A stretch of 64,000 bases of DNA from Chrysomallon squamiferum (GCA_012295275.1 CM022672.1:14942001-15006000); one strand, 5' to 3'; positions 14,329 to 27,247 are shown, numbered from the stretch's first letter. The notes: generated by a model not told the origin, from the letters alone. Program-made: numbers and translations.

Positions 14329-15911
14329 TAAACAAGGTGTTACCTTATTATTTAATAATCAGATAAATTAATAATATAATTTGTGTGACATTTAACCACA
14401 CAATTATTTGCATATTTCTTACTTGATTTTGATGAACCCAGTCACATAAAAAGTAGTTTCTTAAGCTCATTTTATGCTCATTGGTTTTTATCTGCTCAAT
14501 TTATCAAGCTAAAGTGTATATGTATATGCATGTATATAATGTGTGTGTGTGTGTGCGCGTGTGTGTGTAAGTACGCTAATTGTAAATCTTCAACAAATCA
14601 ACAGCTTTATTTTATTTAAGCAAATATAACAGACTGTATTATAATTATATATACACACCTAAATGTATATTTACACATACATGTGCACTAAAAACACACA
14701 CACACACAAGTGTATACATTTAACTGCTTCCATAACTAGACATACTTGTATGCACATACATAAATACAAATAAACATACACTCACACAAATACATATTAG
14801 CATACAGTCAAATTCATACACCCACAAGCTCATGCAGACATGACACACATACACACACATATCCCAGTGTGCTGACAGTGTTAGAAAAATGCACTCACCT
14901 CTCATACTGCTTCATGACACTTTGCAGAGTGTTGACCAAGAGAATCATCTGACTGGCGAAACTACTCTGATCTGCTTTGTGACTGTTGAGAACATCTTCT
15001 CGCTGAATACGATCAGTGACGTCAAACTGAAACATACAGGAAAAAAGGTTGAGACCATCTTAGGCTGAATACAATAAAAAAAGAAATAATAAAAAAGTGA
15101 GAGAATTACTTATACTGAATACGATCAGTAATACCAAACTGAAATGTAATAAAAAATTTTTAGAAGTGAAAGAATATTTTATATTGAATACGATCAGCAA
15201 CGTCAAACTGAAACATACAGGAAAAAAGGTTGAGAGCATCTTATTGGAATACAAAAAACACCAATTCAAAACACACAGAAAAAAAAAATTAATAAAAAAA
15301 TAAGAAAGTGAGAGAATATCTTATACTGGATATGATCAGCAACATCAAACTGAAACATAATAAAAAATTTTTTTTTGAAAAGTGAGAGAATAAATTATAG
15401 TGAATACTATCAGCAACATCTAATTGAAATGTATATAAAAAAAAAACCAAAAACCGTAATATAATATTCTGTTCATTTATTATATTTTTTCAGTTCTTCA
15501 TATTTTTGTTTTATTATCTTACACAATGTTTTACAACCCCCTCTATAATGAACAGTTCATTTCACATGATTTATCTTTCTTTTTTTTTTTTTTTGTAAGC
15601 GTGTCAGTATTTTATGTTTACTGATCTCTGAGTATTCATGGTTTTTACATCTCCTCTGTGAGTAACAAGGGAACATATAAGAGCATGTATGAATGTATGT
15701 CTAAATACCTTATCCTTGATCTGAGAAGACAGCAACTCAGCTTTGTTGATGATTCTTGGGACCATTAGTAACACACTGATAGCATCATGATCTCCTATTA
15801 TACACACATATATAAAAACAAACATTAATCATAAATTAAAAAATACTTTTTTACTAATATAAAATATTCTAATATGTAAGTAAGTTATGCCAAGTAATTT
15901 TTGCATTACAG

Positions 15912-15956
<45 letters not shown>

Positions 15957-18900
15957 TATTAAATTAATAATAATAATAATAATAATAATGTGATCAAATA
16001 ACTTTAAGAAAAATAAATGAAACTTTCTATATGTTATTAAAAAAAAGGAGTATAATCACCTCCTCTCTTCAGGAATGATTCTGGCATGAAAGACAACAAG
16101 AGCTGAACATGAGCTGTAGCCTGCTGCACTTCCAGCTTGCGCAGTTCCATGTCAATTGTCTGAAAATACACCACACAATTAAAAATAAATGTGTGAAGCC
16201 ACAGTTACAACAAAATTAACATTATCAGTGGATGTAACTCCACGACTATAAGAATATTTGATAACTAAAACAATTTATGATGGCATGAATGTTATGATGA
16301 TAGTAAATAATAATCATATGAGAGAGCTACAATATATTTTTGAGGACCAGAGAGAGATGTTAGTGAAGACTATCCTGAATGTTTAAGCAGAGTATAATAT
16401 TAATGAGAACTCATCTTTCTTTTTCAGAATTAAAAAAAAACTGATATTAATGATCATGATGGCATTATGTTGTAACACAAAACAAAGCAAAGAAAGGGAA
16501 TGGGTCTTTAGTATTAAACATAGAATTAGTGTTAAATATTAAATATTATTAGTTAGATTACTAGACAAGAACATTAATAAAGATATAATTAAATTATATT
16601 ATACAAATGTCAGTGTTAATTCAAGCATTTTTAGCAATACTAGACATTATTATATTTTTTAATATTACCAGAGCATTATTATATAATTATTTGTCTGATG
16701 TTACTGGAGCATTATTATTATTTTTGATATTACCAGAGCATTATTATACTATTACTGTTTTATATTAGTAAAACACTATTAAATTATTTTTTTATATTTC
16801 TAGAGCAATTTCATATTATTATTTTTTTTTTTTGTTAATATTATTAGAGCAGTATTTTATTATTTATTGATATTAGTTCAGTATCATATTCTTATTATTT
16901 TATATTAATAGAGCATTATTTTTGTTGAAAACTATTTCAATACATGCTACAGCATCGTAGTGATTAGTAAAATTTCAAGCATAATTAGAGATGTCAATGA
17001 AGTTAATTACCAAATACAAACATGTGTACATATCTTGTTTGCCCCAAAAAGCAATGTACATCATATTAAATAAGAATTTTATAACATAATACTAATCAGG
17101 TAATTAGTAATTTGTTAAAGTTTTTGTTATTTTTTTATTTTATTTAGTTTTGTTCAACAAATATGATTATTATTTATACATGTCTGTTGTTTACAGTCTA
17201 TATCATCTTTCATTTTGCTATGATTATTTTCCATTTATTTATAACAAATTTTTGTGCATCTGTATCTTATTTTAAGTAATAACAAAACTAATAAATAAAA
17301 AAGTCTGTTTAAAAAAGCTTAGCCCAGTCACCAGCTTCCTCTACCAATAAGCCCAAAATAATAAAAAAAAATTAAAGATGAAGAAGAAATGCCATCCAAA
17401 ATGGTGTTAAATAAAAAAAAAGGGTATTCTCTTTGTCTTTCTTCCTTTTTACTATACAATTTGACATGTATTCTAAATCTAAAATAAATTAAAAAGTTAT
17501 TTGTTTTCTGCCATTAAATTATTCAAAAAAATAGAAGTTGGATTAAGGAATTATGGGTGGGGATAAACTCTATACAATATGAATAACATTTAATAAATTC
17601 AAATACTGAAATATATTCATAACTAATTATTTAATTAAATAAGTATCTGTGTCGGACTTAAATTCTGAAGACCTGATATATCAAAAAATAATAATGATAA
17701 CAAAACAATTATCAGAGAAAAATGTTTTAAATTCACTGGTGATACTTTTTATAAATTTTATAAGCTTTTTATAAGCTATTGATACATGGTTGTGTTTGCT
17801 TATTTCAATTGCCGTTTAATCTCTGGCAAGGTAAACTTTTAGAACACTTTAATGTTCACACATTATACAGAATTTTGTTCTCAAAATAGCTTATATTTAA
17901 AATCGTATAATAAAATAACCATATCATAACTCAGAAATATTTTTTACTTATTAAAAACTGTACTTATCAAGTTACATATTTTATGTAACCTTACATTTCA
18001 GTGAAAATAAATATAAATTGAAACAGAATATCCCCCAAAAGAACCAAAAGATGATGAAGCAGCAACAAAAAGGGGAGAAAAAAAAGAGACTGATAGTTAG
18101 GAGTGTAGATCTGAGTTATCATACCCTATCATTCTTCTTCTGAACTGAAGCATGATCCTATAAAGAAGCCCAACAACTTAATTCTCATATAAGCACTCTG
18201 ACTGGTTACTAGTAACAAACATGTCATTTTCATGCACACTGATTGGCTATGAATAACACAAATTCTGTTACAAGCACACTGATTAGCTATGAGTAAACAC
18301 AAATTCTGTTATATACACACTGATTGGCTATCCGTAACTTAACATCTGTTTCAGGCACACTGATTGGTTATCAACAATGCAAATTCTGTTATATACATAA
18401 TAAATCATCAACAATACACAGATAATTATATTTCACGGTTTTAATACTACAACTTACTCTCTTAGCTGTAATTAATTGTAATAAGTACAATTTGACATAA
18501 AACTACTTCAATTACATACGCTGTGATTGACTACTGTCAGTTATAAAGTGAATTCTATTGTATGATCAATGGTTGGCTAGTTAATACATTTTTTCCAAAA
18601 CAAATGCCTAAATGGATGTGAATGAACAAGAAAAAGAAAGAAAGAAAAAAGCATATCAGCATTAATTTAAATTAATGCTAAAAGAAATATAGCCATGATG
18701 TGAGTGTTTGTGACCAAGTTTAGTAATAATCAATATAAAAAAATAAATTAAAAACCTATTTCAAACCCAGATTTTATAATTCAGTCATTTATTTATAATA
18801 AATTCTGAAATACAGTAAAGTAAAAATTATAAAATATATTTATTCGCCTTAATATTTTTTCTTTCTCATTCTTATATACTTTTTCTAATTGTTATCAAGA

Positions 18901-21900
18901 ATAAAAATAATCTGTCACTTGTAAAATTTTGTCTTACAAAACAGGGCATTTGAAATATTGAATATTATTTTTTGTTAAACAATTCCATCAATCATTTTTG
19001 TTTATGTTATAAAAACCATCACACTTACACTTTTATCTTTCGTCTTTACATTGGTCTCGGGACACTGATGTTAATGGTAAAATATCATATTATTCTGAGG
19101 ATAAAGTTTTCTGCTACAAACCTTAGCATAAGCCTTTGTCTCAGCAAACTTCATTTTGAAGTCAAACATCTCCAGGTTTGGTGTAGTCTGGGCTTTCTGA
19201 TCCGACTCCTGTTGCTTGCTCAACAATTCACGATTTGTTTCCTGCATACAACAAAATAGTAAAATTTTAGTCCATTGCCTGCTTATTTTACTCATTATTA
19301 TTTATTTTAGGAATACTGACAAAAATAAAAAAAAAAAAAAAAAAAAAAAAATATGTATGAGTAAAATTTATATCTTAACACTGATTATTTTTACCTTTTA
19401 ATTAATTGTTTGTTTCATAAATACAATGTAATTGACAATAAAATAACAGATGGAAATTAAACATTTTTGAAAAAAAAATAAAAATAATAATAATAATAAA
19501 AAAAAGTTACAGATTTCTGGACAGAGCTGTTTCTTGGATAATGGTAAAATTTAAGAAATAATTTTTAAATTAAGATAATATATTTTGTTACCTGGAGATG
19601 TGCCACTAGTTCACGGAACTTGTTTATAGTTCCTTCATAATCAGAACAGGTTTCCATTGTTGCATCAAGCTTTCTTTGCAGCTGTCAGTAAAATATTTAG
19701 CAATATATTAAAAAAAATTCAAATCAATAAATACATTTTAAAAAAAAATGAAAACAAACAAAAACATTTTTAAAACTAATATAAAAAGTTAAATATTGGA
19801 TAATGCTGACTATAAAAAAATAAAAAATGAAAAAATAATGGAAAATAAAGATAATATAGTAGTGCCTTCTCTAGTCTTGGATTGTAGTTACTCAGACATC
19901 ATCATCAAGGTTTCAGACTAATGTTTAAAAAGTTAATAGTAGGTGAAACATTATGGCTTATCTTTAGCTAGTATGTTATGTTCAGATGACTTATCAATGG
20001 TGCCAAAAAGGTTAATAAAGGATTTTCAATATATCTGATACAAAATTATTTGTTAATTACTATCAACTACAGAAAGTGAATTTATTTACAATTCCAGTGA
20101 TATAAAAGTAATAACAGTGATAATAAAAATAACGATAATAATTAAATATATTAATAATCATAATAAATAACAGTGACATTATAACAATGACAATAATAAT
20201 AAATAATAATAACAGTAACACAATAACAAAAGCAAGAATAAAAATAACTGTAATAATTAAATATATCAATAATAATAATAAATAACTTACAGTAATATAA
20301 TATTAAAAATTAAAACTCTAATATATATTGTTAATAAAAAAATAACAATAAGAAGAATAATAAATAAATTTAATAAAGAACAGAAGACAATTAATTACCT
20401 CAGTAACTCTGACATTTGCCATGTCAACTTCCTCTCTTAACTCCAGTTCTGTTTCTCTGGCATTCTCTTGCATCTCTTCATTCATCTCATTCAAAGCTTC
20501 CTGTTAAAATGTTGTGTAAGTCTAATACTTCAATAGAAATACTAGTGAGAAAAGATGACAACAAATATTTAAATTTAAAATGGACACAATTTTGGAATTA
20601 AGTAAAATAGACTGGAAGAACATTTTTGAAAAAGATCATCCTAAAAACTCTATATGATACCAATCTCAAATATATAAATTAATGTTCATGCATATTAATG
20701 TTAAGAGGGAGAAAAAAAAAATGATATGAAAAATTTAAAACATGATTGAAATATTTTCCAAAATAAAGAATAACTGCTGAATTTGGTAAAGTATAATCTG
20801 ATTTTCTTTATGTTTACAACAAGTCAAAGTTAAAACCTTTTATTAACAAACACTTTCAGTTTGATAAAATATGGTATTTATTTATGTATCACTTAAAGAT
20901 TAATTTGGAACTGAATGAAGAAAATTGAAGCTTTAGAACAAGATGTTTGACTTAAATGCACGTTCTGTATATAAAATAAAAACATACAAGAACTGAATTC
21001 TCCTCTCTAAGTTCTGCCAGTTTGTCTTCCAGTTCGAGATTTCTCTCTGTCAGTTTCTCCACCATCTCTTCAGCCCCCAGAGCAGAATCAACCTACAACA
21101 AATTCAAATGTTGTTATTTTATTACATTTGCTGACAGTTTTAACATAGAAAGCATTGATAATTTATCTCTGTTCTGAAATGAAAAAAAAACACAAAACAA
21201 GACATTATTTATTTAATGTGAAACATTTTATGAACTTTCTATAAGTAATAGTTAATTCTGGAATGTATGCAGTATAGAGATGAGATGATCTAGTTTGTTG
21301 CTCTACTTTGATGTTACGATGGATTCACTGAACTCCCTACTAACAATAAATTTCTTACATGGAACAAGAAGTATAAAATTATGTTTCTCGATGAAATAAA
21401 AATATCTGATGTTTACCTGTTCTTTCAGTTCAAATATCTGGTTCTGCAACTCTGTGACTTGAGCCTGGAGACTGGTCTTGTCTTTCTTCAGAGCTGTTAC
21501 CTCGGTAACCAGTTTCTCGTTCTGCTTAGACAGTTTGGCGGCATCGTGTTTTTCCTGATTTGTCAAATCTCGCAGCCTGGAATCAGAAATAAGTATATCA
21601 TTAGGAATATAATATCAAGAATAAAGAGTATTATATATATTATGAGGTGTTTTGGGTTTTGGAGCATATTATCAGGAATAAAATTTGTTATCAGAAACAT
21701 TATATAACCAGGAATGAAGAATACAACATATCAACACGAATAAAGTGTGTTATCAGACACAATATATGATCAGGAATATAATATGTTATCAAATACACAA
21801 TTTATCATCAGGTATAAAATGTGTTACTGGACACAATATATAATCAGGAATAAAATTTATCAAAGTACAGAATATCATCAAGATTAAAGTGTCTTATCAA

Positions 21901-22633
21901 GTACGCAATGTCATCAGAAATAAAGCTGTTATCAGATGCAACAGTAATCAGGAATAAAGTGTGTTAATAAGTACATAATATATTATCAGGAATAAAGTTT
22001 GTTAACAAGAACACAATGTATAATCAGGAATAAAGTGTTTTCAAGTACACAAAATAGCATCAGGAATAAACTGTGTTATTTAGTACACAATATATATTCA
22101 TGAATAAAGTATGTGATTGGAAATTCAATATATATCGTCAGCAACATAGTCAGTTAATGTAATCTAGGATCTGACTGTGTATTACTGGGTATTCGATGCA
22201 TTATCATGGAATATAATCAGGAACAAATAAAATTACTGCAAACAGAATACATTAAGAAGTCAGTAAAGAATAAACATAATTTGTTTTAACACCCATATGT
22301 TCAGTCTGGTGTTTTTTTTAAATTATACCCATATGTTCATCTTACTTGATGAGTGCATCCTTCAGTCTCTCATTCTGCTGTTCTAGTTGTTTCTGTTCAA
22401 ATGAAGCTGCAACTCCTTCAGTACCTGAAAATTTGGATTTTATTTATTATTTTTAACTGTAATATTATTATCAGAAGATATTTTTTTAACAGGCAGCATT
22501 TAAGCATATGATTTTGATTCACATGAATCTGAAATGTATGATATGCATATTCTGAAAGGTAAACAAAAGAACACCTTTGTGGTTGAATAAATATTTTAAT
22601 TATTCCAATAACATACTTTATATCTTATTTTAC

Positions 22634-22684
<51 letters not shown>

Positions 22685-25600
22685 TAAAACGAGTATGAAG
22701 TATGAAATAGCAATAATTAAATATATATATATATATATAGGTAGGTAGGTATGATTGTATATGTGTGTGTGTGTGTGTTTGTATGTATGTATGTATGTAT
22801 GTATGTTCTATTTAGATGAAACAATTTTAAGAAGTTAGTTCAGTGTTTTATTTAAAAATAAAGCTGACAAATGCTGAGAATATTTTGATTAGTGATACTG
22901 CTAAAATTTAATACAGGTGAAACAAATGGAGATGAAATTACATGATACAGAGCTATGAGACATCAAAAATCAGTGATACGATACCGAACAAAATGTTTGC
23001 TATACTGACAGGTACCTTTTTCTGAAATCTCTGATCTGAGTATTTCAAGATCTAGTGTAATTTCCTCAACTTTTTCCTTTAGAGAATCTACTTCAGCCTG
23101 CAAACCCTCAGCCTATAAATATAGCAATGTATTGTGTAAAAATGTTTTTCAAATTAAATAGTTTTTGAAAAACAGAAGCCAATACACATTACATTTTATT
23201 TCAGAATCTGAAAATGCTCTTTCTATTTCACAATATCAAAATATGTATTGACAATAGCATTTTTTTGTGTTTTTTTTTGTCTTGTAAACTATTTATTTTA
23301 TTTTGTTTTGTTTTTATAAAAATACAGATATATTCAGCAGTTTTACAATCATTTACTCACTCTTGCTCATTTACTGTCATTATCTGAAATGTAAGTGAGG
23401 TTGTTGACATATCAATATTTCTACGTAAAAACAAAACAACAGGGAAAATGACTTGTTCCATAAAGAAATGATGTGCATTTGAAATGTACTTAAACTATTT
23501 GCTTAAAATTCATATTTTTAAAATTTTTCCTTATCTAACATCCATATGATTATTTAAAAAAATATGAACAAAATATTAAAGTCAATAGAATAATTTTTAA
23601 AAATCTCTGAGATGTTGAAAATGAAAACTCACTTTCTCCTCTGCCATTTCTTTGTCTAGAGTTGCAATCTCAATCATCTCAGATACATCAGACATTTCTT
23701 CTTTGTAGCTTTCAAAAGCATCAGCAATTTCTTTCTTTTCCTGTTGAACATAATAAATCCTTTAAATTAATCTGTTTAACAATATTCTACAGTACTAAGT
23801 GTTATATATGACTCAAAAAACAAACAAAAAAACAACAAAAAGAAATGTATTTTTATATATAAATAAATAAATAAAAAAAAAAAAAAATTACCAAAGAGTC
23901 TCTGTTTAAGAAATGAAAAAATAATTATATAAAAATAATATATAAATAATATATATATATATATATATATATATGGCTTATATACAAAATGGGTTACTAT
24001 CCAACAAGTTACTGGACCCACATTATATCACAATAACTATGAAAGAATAAAAGCCACATGATACCATGATAATTATTGTTACTGTATGGATAGGTAATAA
24101 AAAAATAAAATAAAAAATAAAAGAATGAATGAAAGCTAATTTATAATGTTTTATCTTAATTCATATTACTGTAAGAAGTGCTAGGTTGGAATTTTTCTGC
24201 ATGTACACACACTGAATGATAATCAAAATAGGTTTTTAAGCTGGTAAAACTAAGAACTTACATTTTGCAGAGCTAACAGTTGTTTTTGTAACTCACTGTG
24301 CATCTCAGTCATTTTAGTCTTGTATTCTTGGAGCTGGAAAGAGGAAATTTAACACACTGAATATTAAGCAGTAAATAACATCTCAATATTTTACTTATTA
24401 AACTTTTTTAAATTATAGTCAGACTCAACCACTGAGCTGAGTGATGATGTTTTGCTAAAAATAACTCCAGACACAATAGAATATATATAAATTGAAAAAA
24501 TATATGTATTAAATAATTTAAATGTTGTAAAAAAAAAAATAATAATAAAAAAAAAAAAAAATAATAATAATAATAAATAAAAAAAATAAAGTAAAAAAAA
24601 AGAAGAACAAAATAACATTTACTTAACAACAGAAAAAGATGTATCTATACCTGCTGCAGCTGAATTTTGACTTTTTCAAACTCTTTCAGTTTAATTTTGT
24701 CTTCAGCTCTCTTGAATTTCAAAGTCTCCAGCTTCTCATTCAGATCTTTAATCTCTGCATTCAGCCCTGATATCTCTTGTTGCTGATGAAGACTCATTTC
24801 ATCCATAGACTTGCTCATGGCAGCTGGGTTGGTCCAAGAACTCATTTGCTGACTGGCGGTCAGGTCAGTTTTGGAAGAAGATTCTGAAGAAAGGTCACTC
24901 TTTGATGAAGAGAGGTCATTTTTGGAAGATGTCTAAAAATAAAAACAGTAATAAATAAGTATTTATTTGAAAAAAAAATAAAAAAGAAGAAGAAGAAGAA
25001 AATCTGAACAAGATAATGATGTATGATTGATCTTCCTGAAAAAAAAATAAAATAAAAAAGCCAGATTAAAAAAAGAGTATTATAAAATTTTACCATAATT
25101 ATCAGATAAGTTATTGCTTTTAACAATAAAGTCTTAATTCTATAAATGACAAATTAATTCTCCACCAATAATTCATATAAAAAAAAACCTGAAAAAAAAC
25201 AATCGTTCATTTGTAAATACATAATATATAAAACAGAATCTGATATTACTAATCCTGATGAATCCTTTGATGGGAATTGATTCTTTGAACCAGAAATGAG
25301 CTATGAAGCAGGTATTTACACAGACCTTGCTTGACTGTAATGAGTGGACTGGTAACTTTGAATGCTGTTTGGCTGGGGTTGCTGGTTCTTTATCTTTGTC
25401 ATCCACTGGTGTTGACTCTTTGCTCCTCGGAAGTCTGGATTTTGCAGGAGTAGGAGCACCTTCAGAAACTTTCTTAGGAGTGGGTGGTGTACCTCCTGAT
25501 TCAGCAAGATTTTCATTACCTTGGGAGGAAAAATATTTAAAAGAAATTTGAATTATTAATTAGTCAAATGAACATTATAAAGAGTGTACTGTCTTTTTTA

Positions 25601-26534
25601 AAAAATGGCTATTTTATGTTTATAAAAAATTAAAAAAAAAATTTAAGAAAATATATACTTACTTTTGCCAACATAACTTGGAGGTCTAATTCCAGATTTT
25701 CTAACAGGTTGGGTTTTCTGATCACCCCCTGCTGTTGGGTGACTGGTCTGTTTGGCAGGAGTAGAAGCTACATCCAGAACAGATTTTGAATCCCCAGAAT
25801 CACCAATAGGAGTTATCTGAAAATTACACATCAAATATAGAAATAATCTTACATATTAGTCTGTGATGAGCTAATTATTAGCTTTAAAAATAGCTAAAAT
25901 ATAATAATTATATAATTATAATTAAAAAAATAAAATTAATATTATTTCAATCCTGATAAACAGTTTTACTAACCTGTGACTGTCTGACAAATATGCCATG
26001 ACCATCAGGACATGAAAAGTAAGTTTTACCCTGAACTGTGCCATTATTTTTACCAACAGGATCATCAAGAATAACTCCAATCCATTTTCCTGAGAAAAAA
26101 TAAAAAAAAAAAAAGAAAAAGAAATTATGACTGATAATAATCAAAAATGTATCAAATAAAAATGTGATGGATGAGTAGAATCTAAAAGATAAAATCATAA
26201 ATAAAAACACATTTTTAAAAAATAAATTATCTGCTAAATTAGGTAAAAAATCTACTTTTCACTATAAAGGAAATTTATACAACAACAATAGAAAAAAGAA
26301 AGAAAGAAATATTTGGATGAACTCTGCATCTTGGAAAAACATTTAAATATAAACAGACTCTTGTTAAAAGTAAATTTTCACTAAATGAGAAATGTAAAAA
26401 AAAATTAACTGCAGTCTAATGCACCTACCATTAGAAAATAGAGTGGTTCCAACATAGGCTACTGTTCCAACATGTCCTTTACCAATTACTTCAACTCGGG
26501 TGCCAACTTTTGTTGTTTTAGGAGAGTCAGCCAT
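70..26534 (-). CDS. DCTN1: Dynactin subunit 1 (p150Glued); 30 coding exons in window, 3' end runs off the window start
   Basis: Hand-spliced GT-AG exons keep one frame for 3408 nt (1136 aa). CAP-Gly domain ([21 protein letters not shown]), CC1 ([24 protein letters not shown]), FAETKAYAK|[39 protein letters not shown] and DSPLLTQQ match recalled p150Glued motifs. Confidence 0.97.
627..703 (-). CDS. DCTN1: DCTN1 exon 29
   Basis: [26 protein letters not shown]. Confidence 0.92.
4548..4690 (-). CDS. DCTN1: DCTN1 exon 28
   Basis: [47 protein letters not shown]; ends phase 1. Confidence 0.95.
4721..4870. repeat. About 60-bp tandem repeat, roughly 2.5 copies
   Basis: TAGAAATA...TTATTATAATCTA(A/C)ACATTTTATTAATAATAATAA recurs at 60-nt spacing. 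Confidence 0.8.
5212..5354 (-). CDS. DCTN1: DCTN1 exon 27
   Basis: [31 protein letters not shown]...FKKKEK. Confidence 0.95.
5778..5989. repeat. (GA)n microsatellite with G-rich interruptions
   Basis: Direct inspection. Confidence 0.95.
6100..6228 (-). CDS. DCTN1: DCTN1 exon 26
   Basis: [43 protein letters not shown]. Confidence 0.94.
6637..6730 (-). CDS. DCTN1: DCTN1 exon 25
   Basis: [31 protein letters not shown]. Confidence 0.95.
7265..7364 (-). CDS. DCTN1: DCTN1 exon 24
   Basis: [34 protein letters not shown]. Confidence 0.94.
11257..11359 (-). CDS. DCTN1: DCTN1 exon 23
   Basis: [34 protein letters not shown]; ends phase 1. Confidence 0.92.
11783..11845 (-). CDS. DCTN1: DCTN1 exon 22
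   Basis: [21 protein letters not shown]. Confidence 0.93.
12383..12466 (-). CDS. DCTN1: DCTN1 exon 21
   Basis: [28 protein letters not shown]. Confidence 0.94.
12898..13029 (-). CDS. DCTN1: DCTN1 exon 20
   Basis: [21 protein letters not shown]...VTRLKILLM. Confidence 0.94.
13661..13714 (-). CDS. DCTN1: DCTN1 exon 19
   Basis: [18 protein letters not shown]. Confidence 0.93.
14149..14263 (-). CDS. DCTN1: DCTN1 exon 18
   Basis: [38 protein letters not shown]. Confidence 0.95.
14899..15026 (-). CDS. DCTN1: DCTN1 exon 17
   Basis: [42 protein letters not shown]. Confidence 0.93.
15004..15432. repeat. Degenerate tandem copies of the DCTN1 exon-17 acceptor junction
   Basis: TGAATACGATCAG...CAAACTGAAA occurs 5 times including the true junction. 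Confidence 0.85.
15709..15794 (-). CDS. DCTN1: DCTN1 exon 16
   Basis: [29 protein letters not shown]. Confidence 0.96.
16060..16159 (-). CDS. DCTN1: DCTN1 exon 15
   Basis: [33 protein letters not shown]. Confidence 0.96.
18233..18400. repeat. About 41-bp minisatellite, 4 copies (CACACTGATTGGCTAT...AAATTCTGTTA)
   Basis: Direct inspection. Confidence 0.85.
19122..19241 (-). CDS. DCTN1: DCTN1 exon 14
   Basis: [11 protein letters not shown]...[16 protein letters not shown]. Confidence 0.95.
19592..19681 (-). CDS. DCTN1: DCTN1 exon 13
   Basis: [30 protein letters not shown]. Confidence 0.95.
20399..20500 (-). CDS. DCTN1: DCTN1 exon 12
   Basis: [34 protein letters not shown]. Confidence 0.96.
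20988..21092 (-). CDS. DCTN1: DCTN1 exon 11
   Basis: [35 protein letters not shown]. Confidence 0.96.
21417..21576 (-). CDS. DCTN1: DCTN1 exon 10
   Basis: [21 protein letters not shown]...IFELKEQ. Confidence 0.95.
21580..22230. repeat. Degenerate ~40-bp minisatellite (core ATCAGGAATAAA)
   Basis: Core recurs more than 10 times next to the DCTN1 exon-10 acceptor. Confidence 0.8.
22346..22424 (-). CDS. DCTN1: DCTN1 exon 9
   Basis: [27 protein letters not shown]. Confidence 0.95.
23016..23112 (-). CDS. DCTN1: DCTN1 exon 8
   Basis: [32 protein letters not shown]. Confidence 0.95.
23633..23740 (-). CDS. DCTN1: DCTN1 exon 7
   Basis: [36 protein letters not shown]. Confidence 0.95.
24262..24333 (-). 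CDS. DCTN1: DCTN1 exon 6
   Basis: [24 protein letters not shown]. Confidence 0.92.
24651..24932 (-). CDS. DCTN1: DCTN1 exon 5
   Basis: [10 protein letters not shown]...[34 protein letters not shown]. Confidence 0.92.
25326..25519 (-). CDS. DCTN1: DCTN1 exon 4 (Ser/Pro/basic linker)
   Basis: [17 protein letters not shown]...[12 protein letters not shown]; phase 1 to 0. Confidence 0.88.
25663..25816 (-). CDS. DCTN1: DCTN1 exon 3
   Basis: [13 protein letters not shown]...[12 protein letters not shown]; phase 0 to 1. Confidence 0.9.
25974..26089 (-). CDS. DCTN1: DCTN1 exon 2 (CAP-Gly)
   Basis: [39 protein letters not shown]. Confidence 0.96.
26429..26534 (-). CDS. DCTN1: DCTN1 coding exon 1 (ATG)
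   Basis: [35 protein letters not shown]; acceptor at 26549-26550, donor GTAGGT. Confidence 0.93.
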
Positions 26535-26599
26535 GACTCAGGAGTCACCTGAAATATATATATATATATATATATACAACAGAAATAACAATTTGAATA

Positions 26600-26600
<1 letters not shown>

Positions 26601-26674
<74 letters not shown>
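26601..26674. repeat. (TG)n microsatellite in the DCTN1 first intron
   Basis: Direct inspection. Confidence 0.95.
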
Positions 26675-26677
<3 letters not shown>

Positions 26678-27247
26678 ATAACAGTTCACATAATTTTATA
26701 AAAACAGTTAGAATTAGGCTTAGGCTGTCAAACTGCTATTCACAATTTCAGTGAATGTCTGATGGTGATAATATGCATTTGTTTGTTACACTCACAGTCG
26801 CAAATATGCAAACAGATATAATATTCACAGTAGAACATAACATATTTCTAATCTATGGTTATATTAAATCATATATATATGGTTTAGAACCTAACATCAA
26901 TGACTAATGAGAAAGGAATCCAGCAACTCGATTAGCTGCAAAGGATCTTTGACATCCTTCGGTAGCAAAAAAACAACAACCGCAAAAGAAAAACACAACA
27001 TTTGATACATCAACAGTTGTGTACTAGCAGGATCGAGATATAGGAATACCGAGACAAATGTGACAAAACTATTATATTAATATTAAAATAAAATCTTTAC
27101 AATTACAACCAGTGCTTCTTGAAGTTCGTCCTTTTCGGTCTTTTGTCAACATTAATATACTAATTATTTCTATTTTATAATGGGCCAGTTAGATAAAAAG
27201 GTATATACTAATATGTTTTAATGATGCATATGCTGTGACGTAATTAC

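Noticed and set aside
21580-22230. Repeat array with a conserved core that superficially resembles CRISPR
   Set aside because: Eukaryotic intron; units are mutually similar throughout, with no unique spacers and no cas genes.
26905-26951. Short segment (and 35670-35735) reminiscent of a gastropod SINE core
   Set aside because: Too short and degenerate to support without a repeat library.
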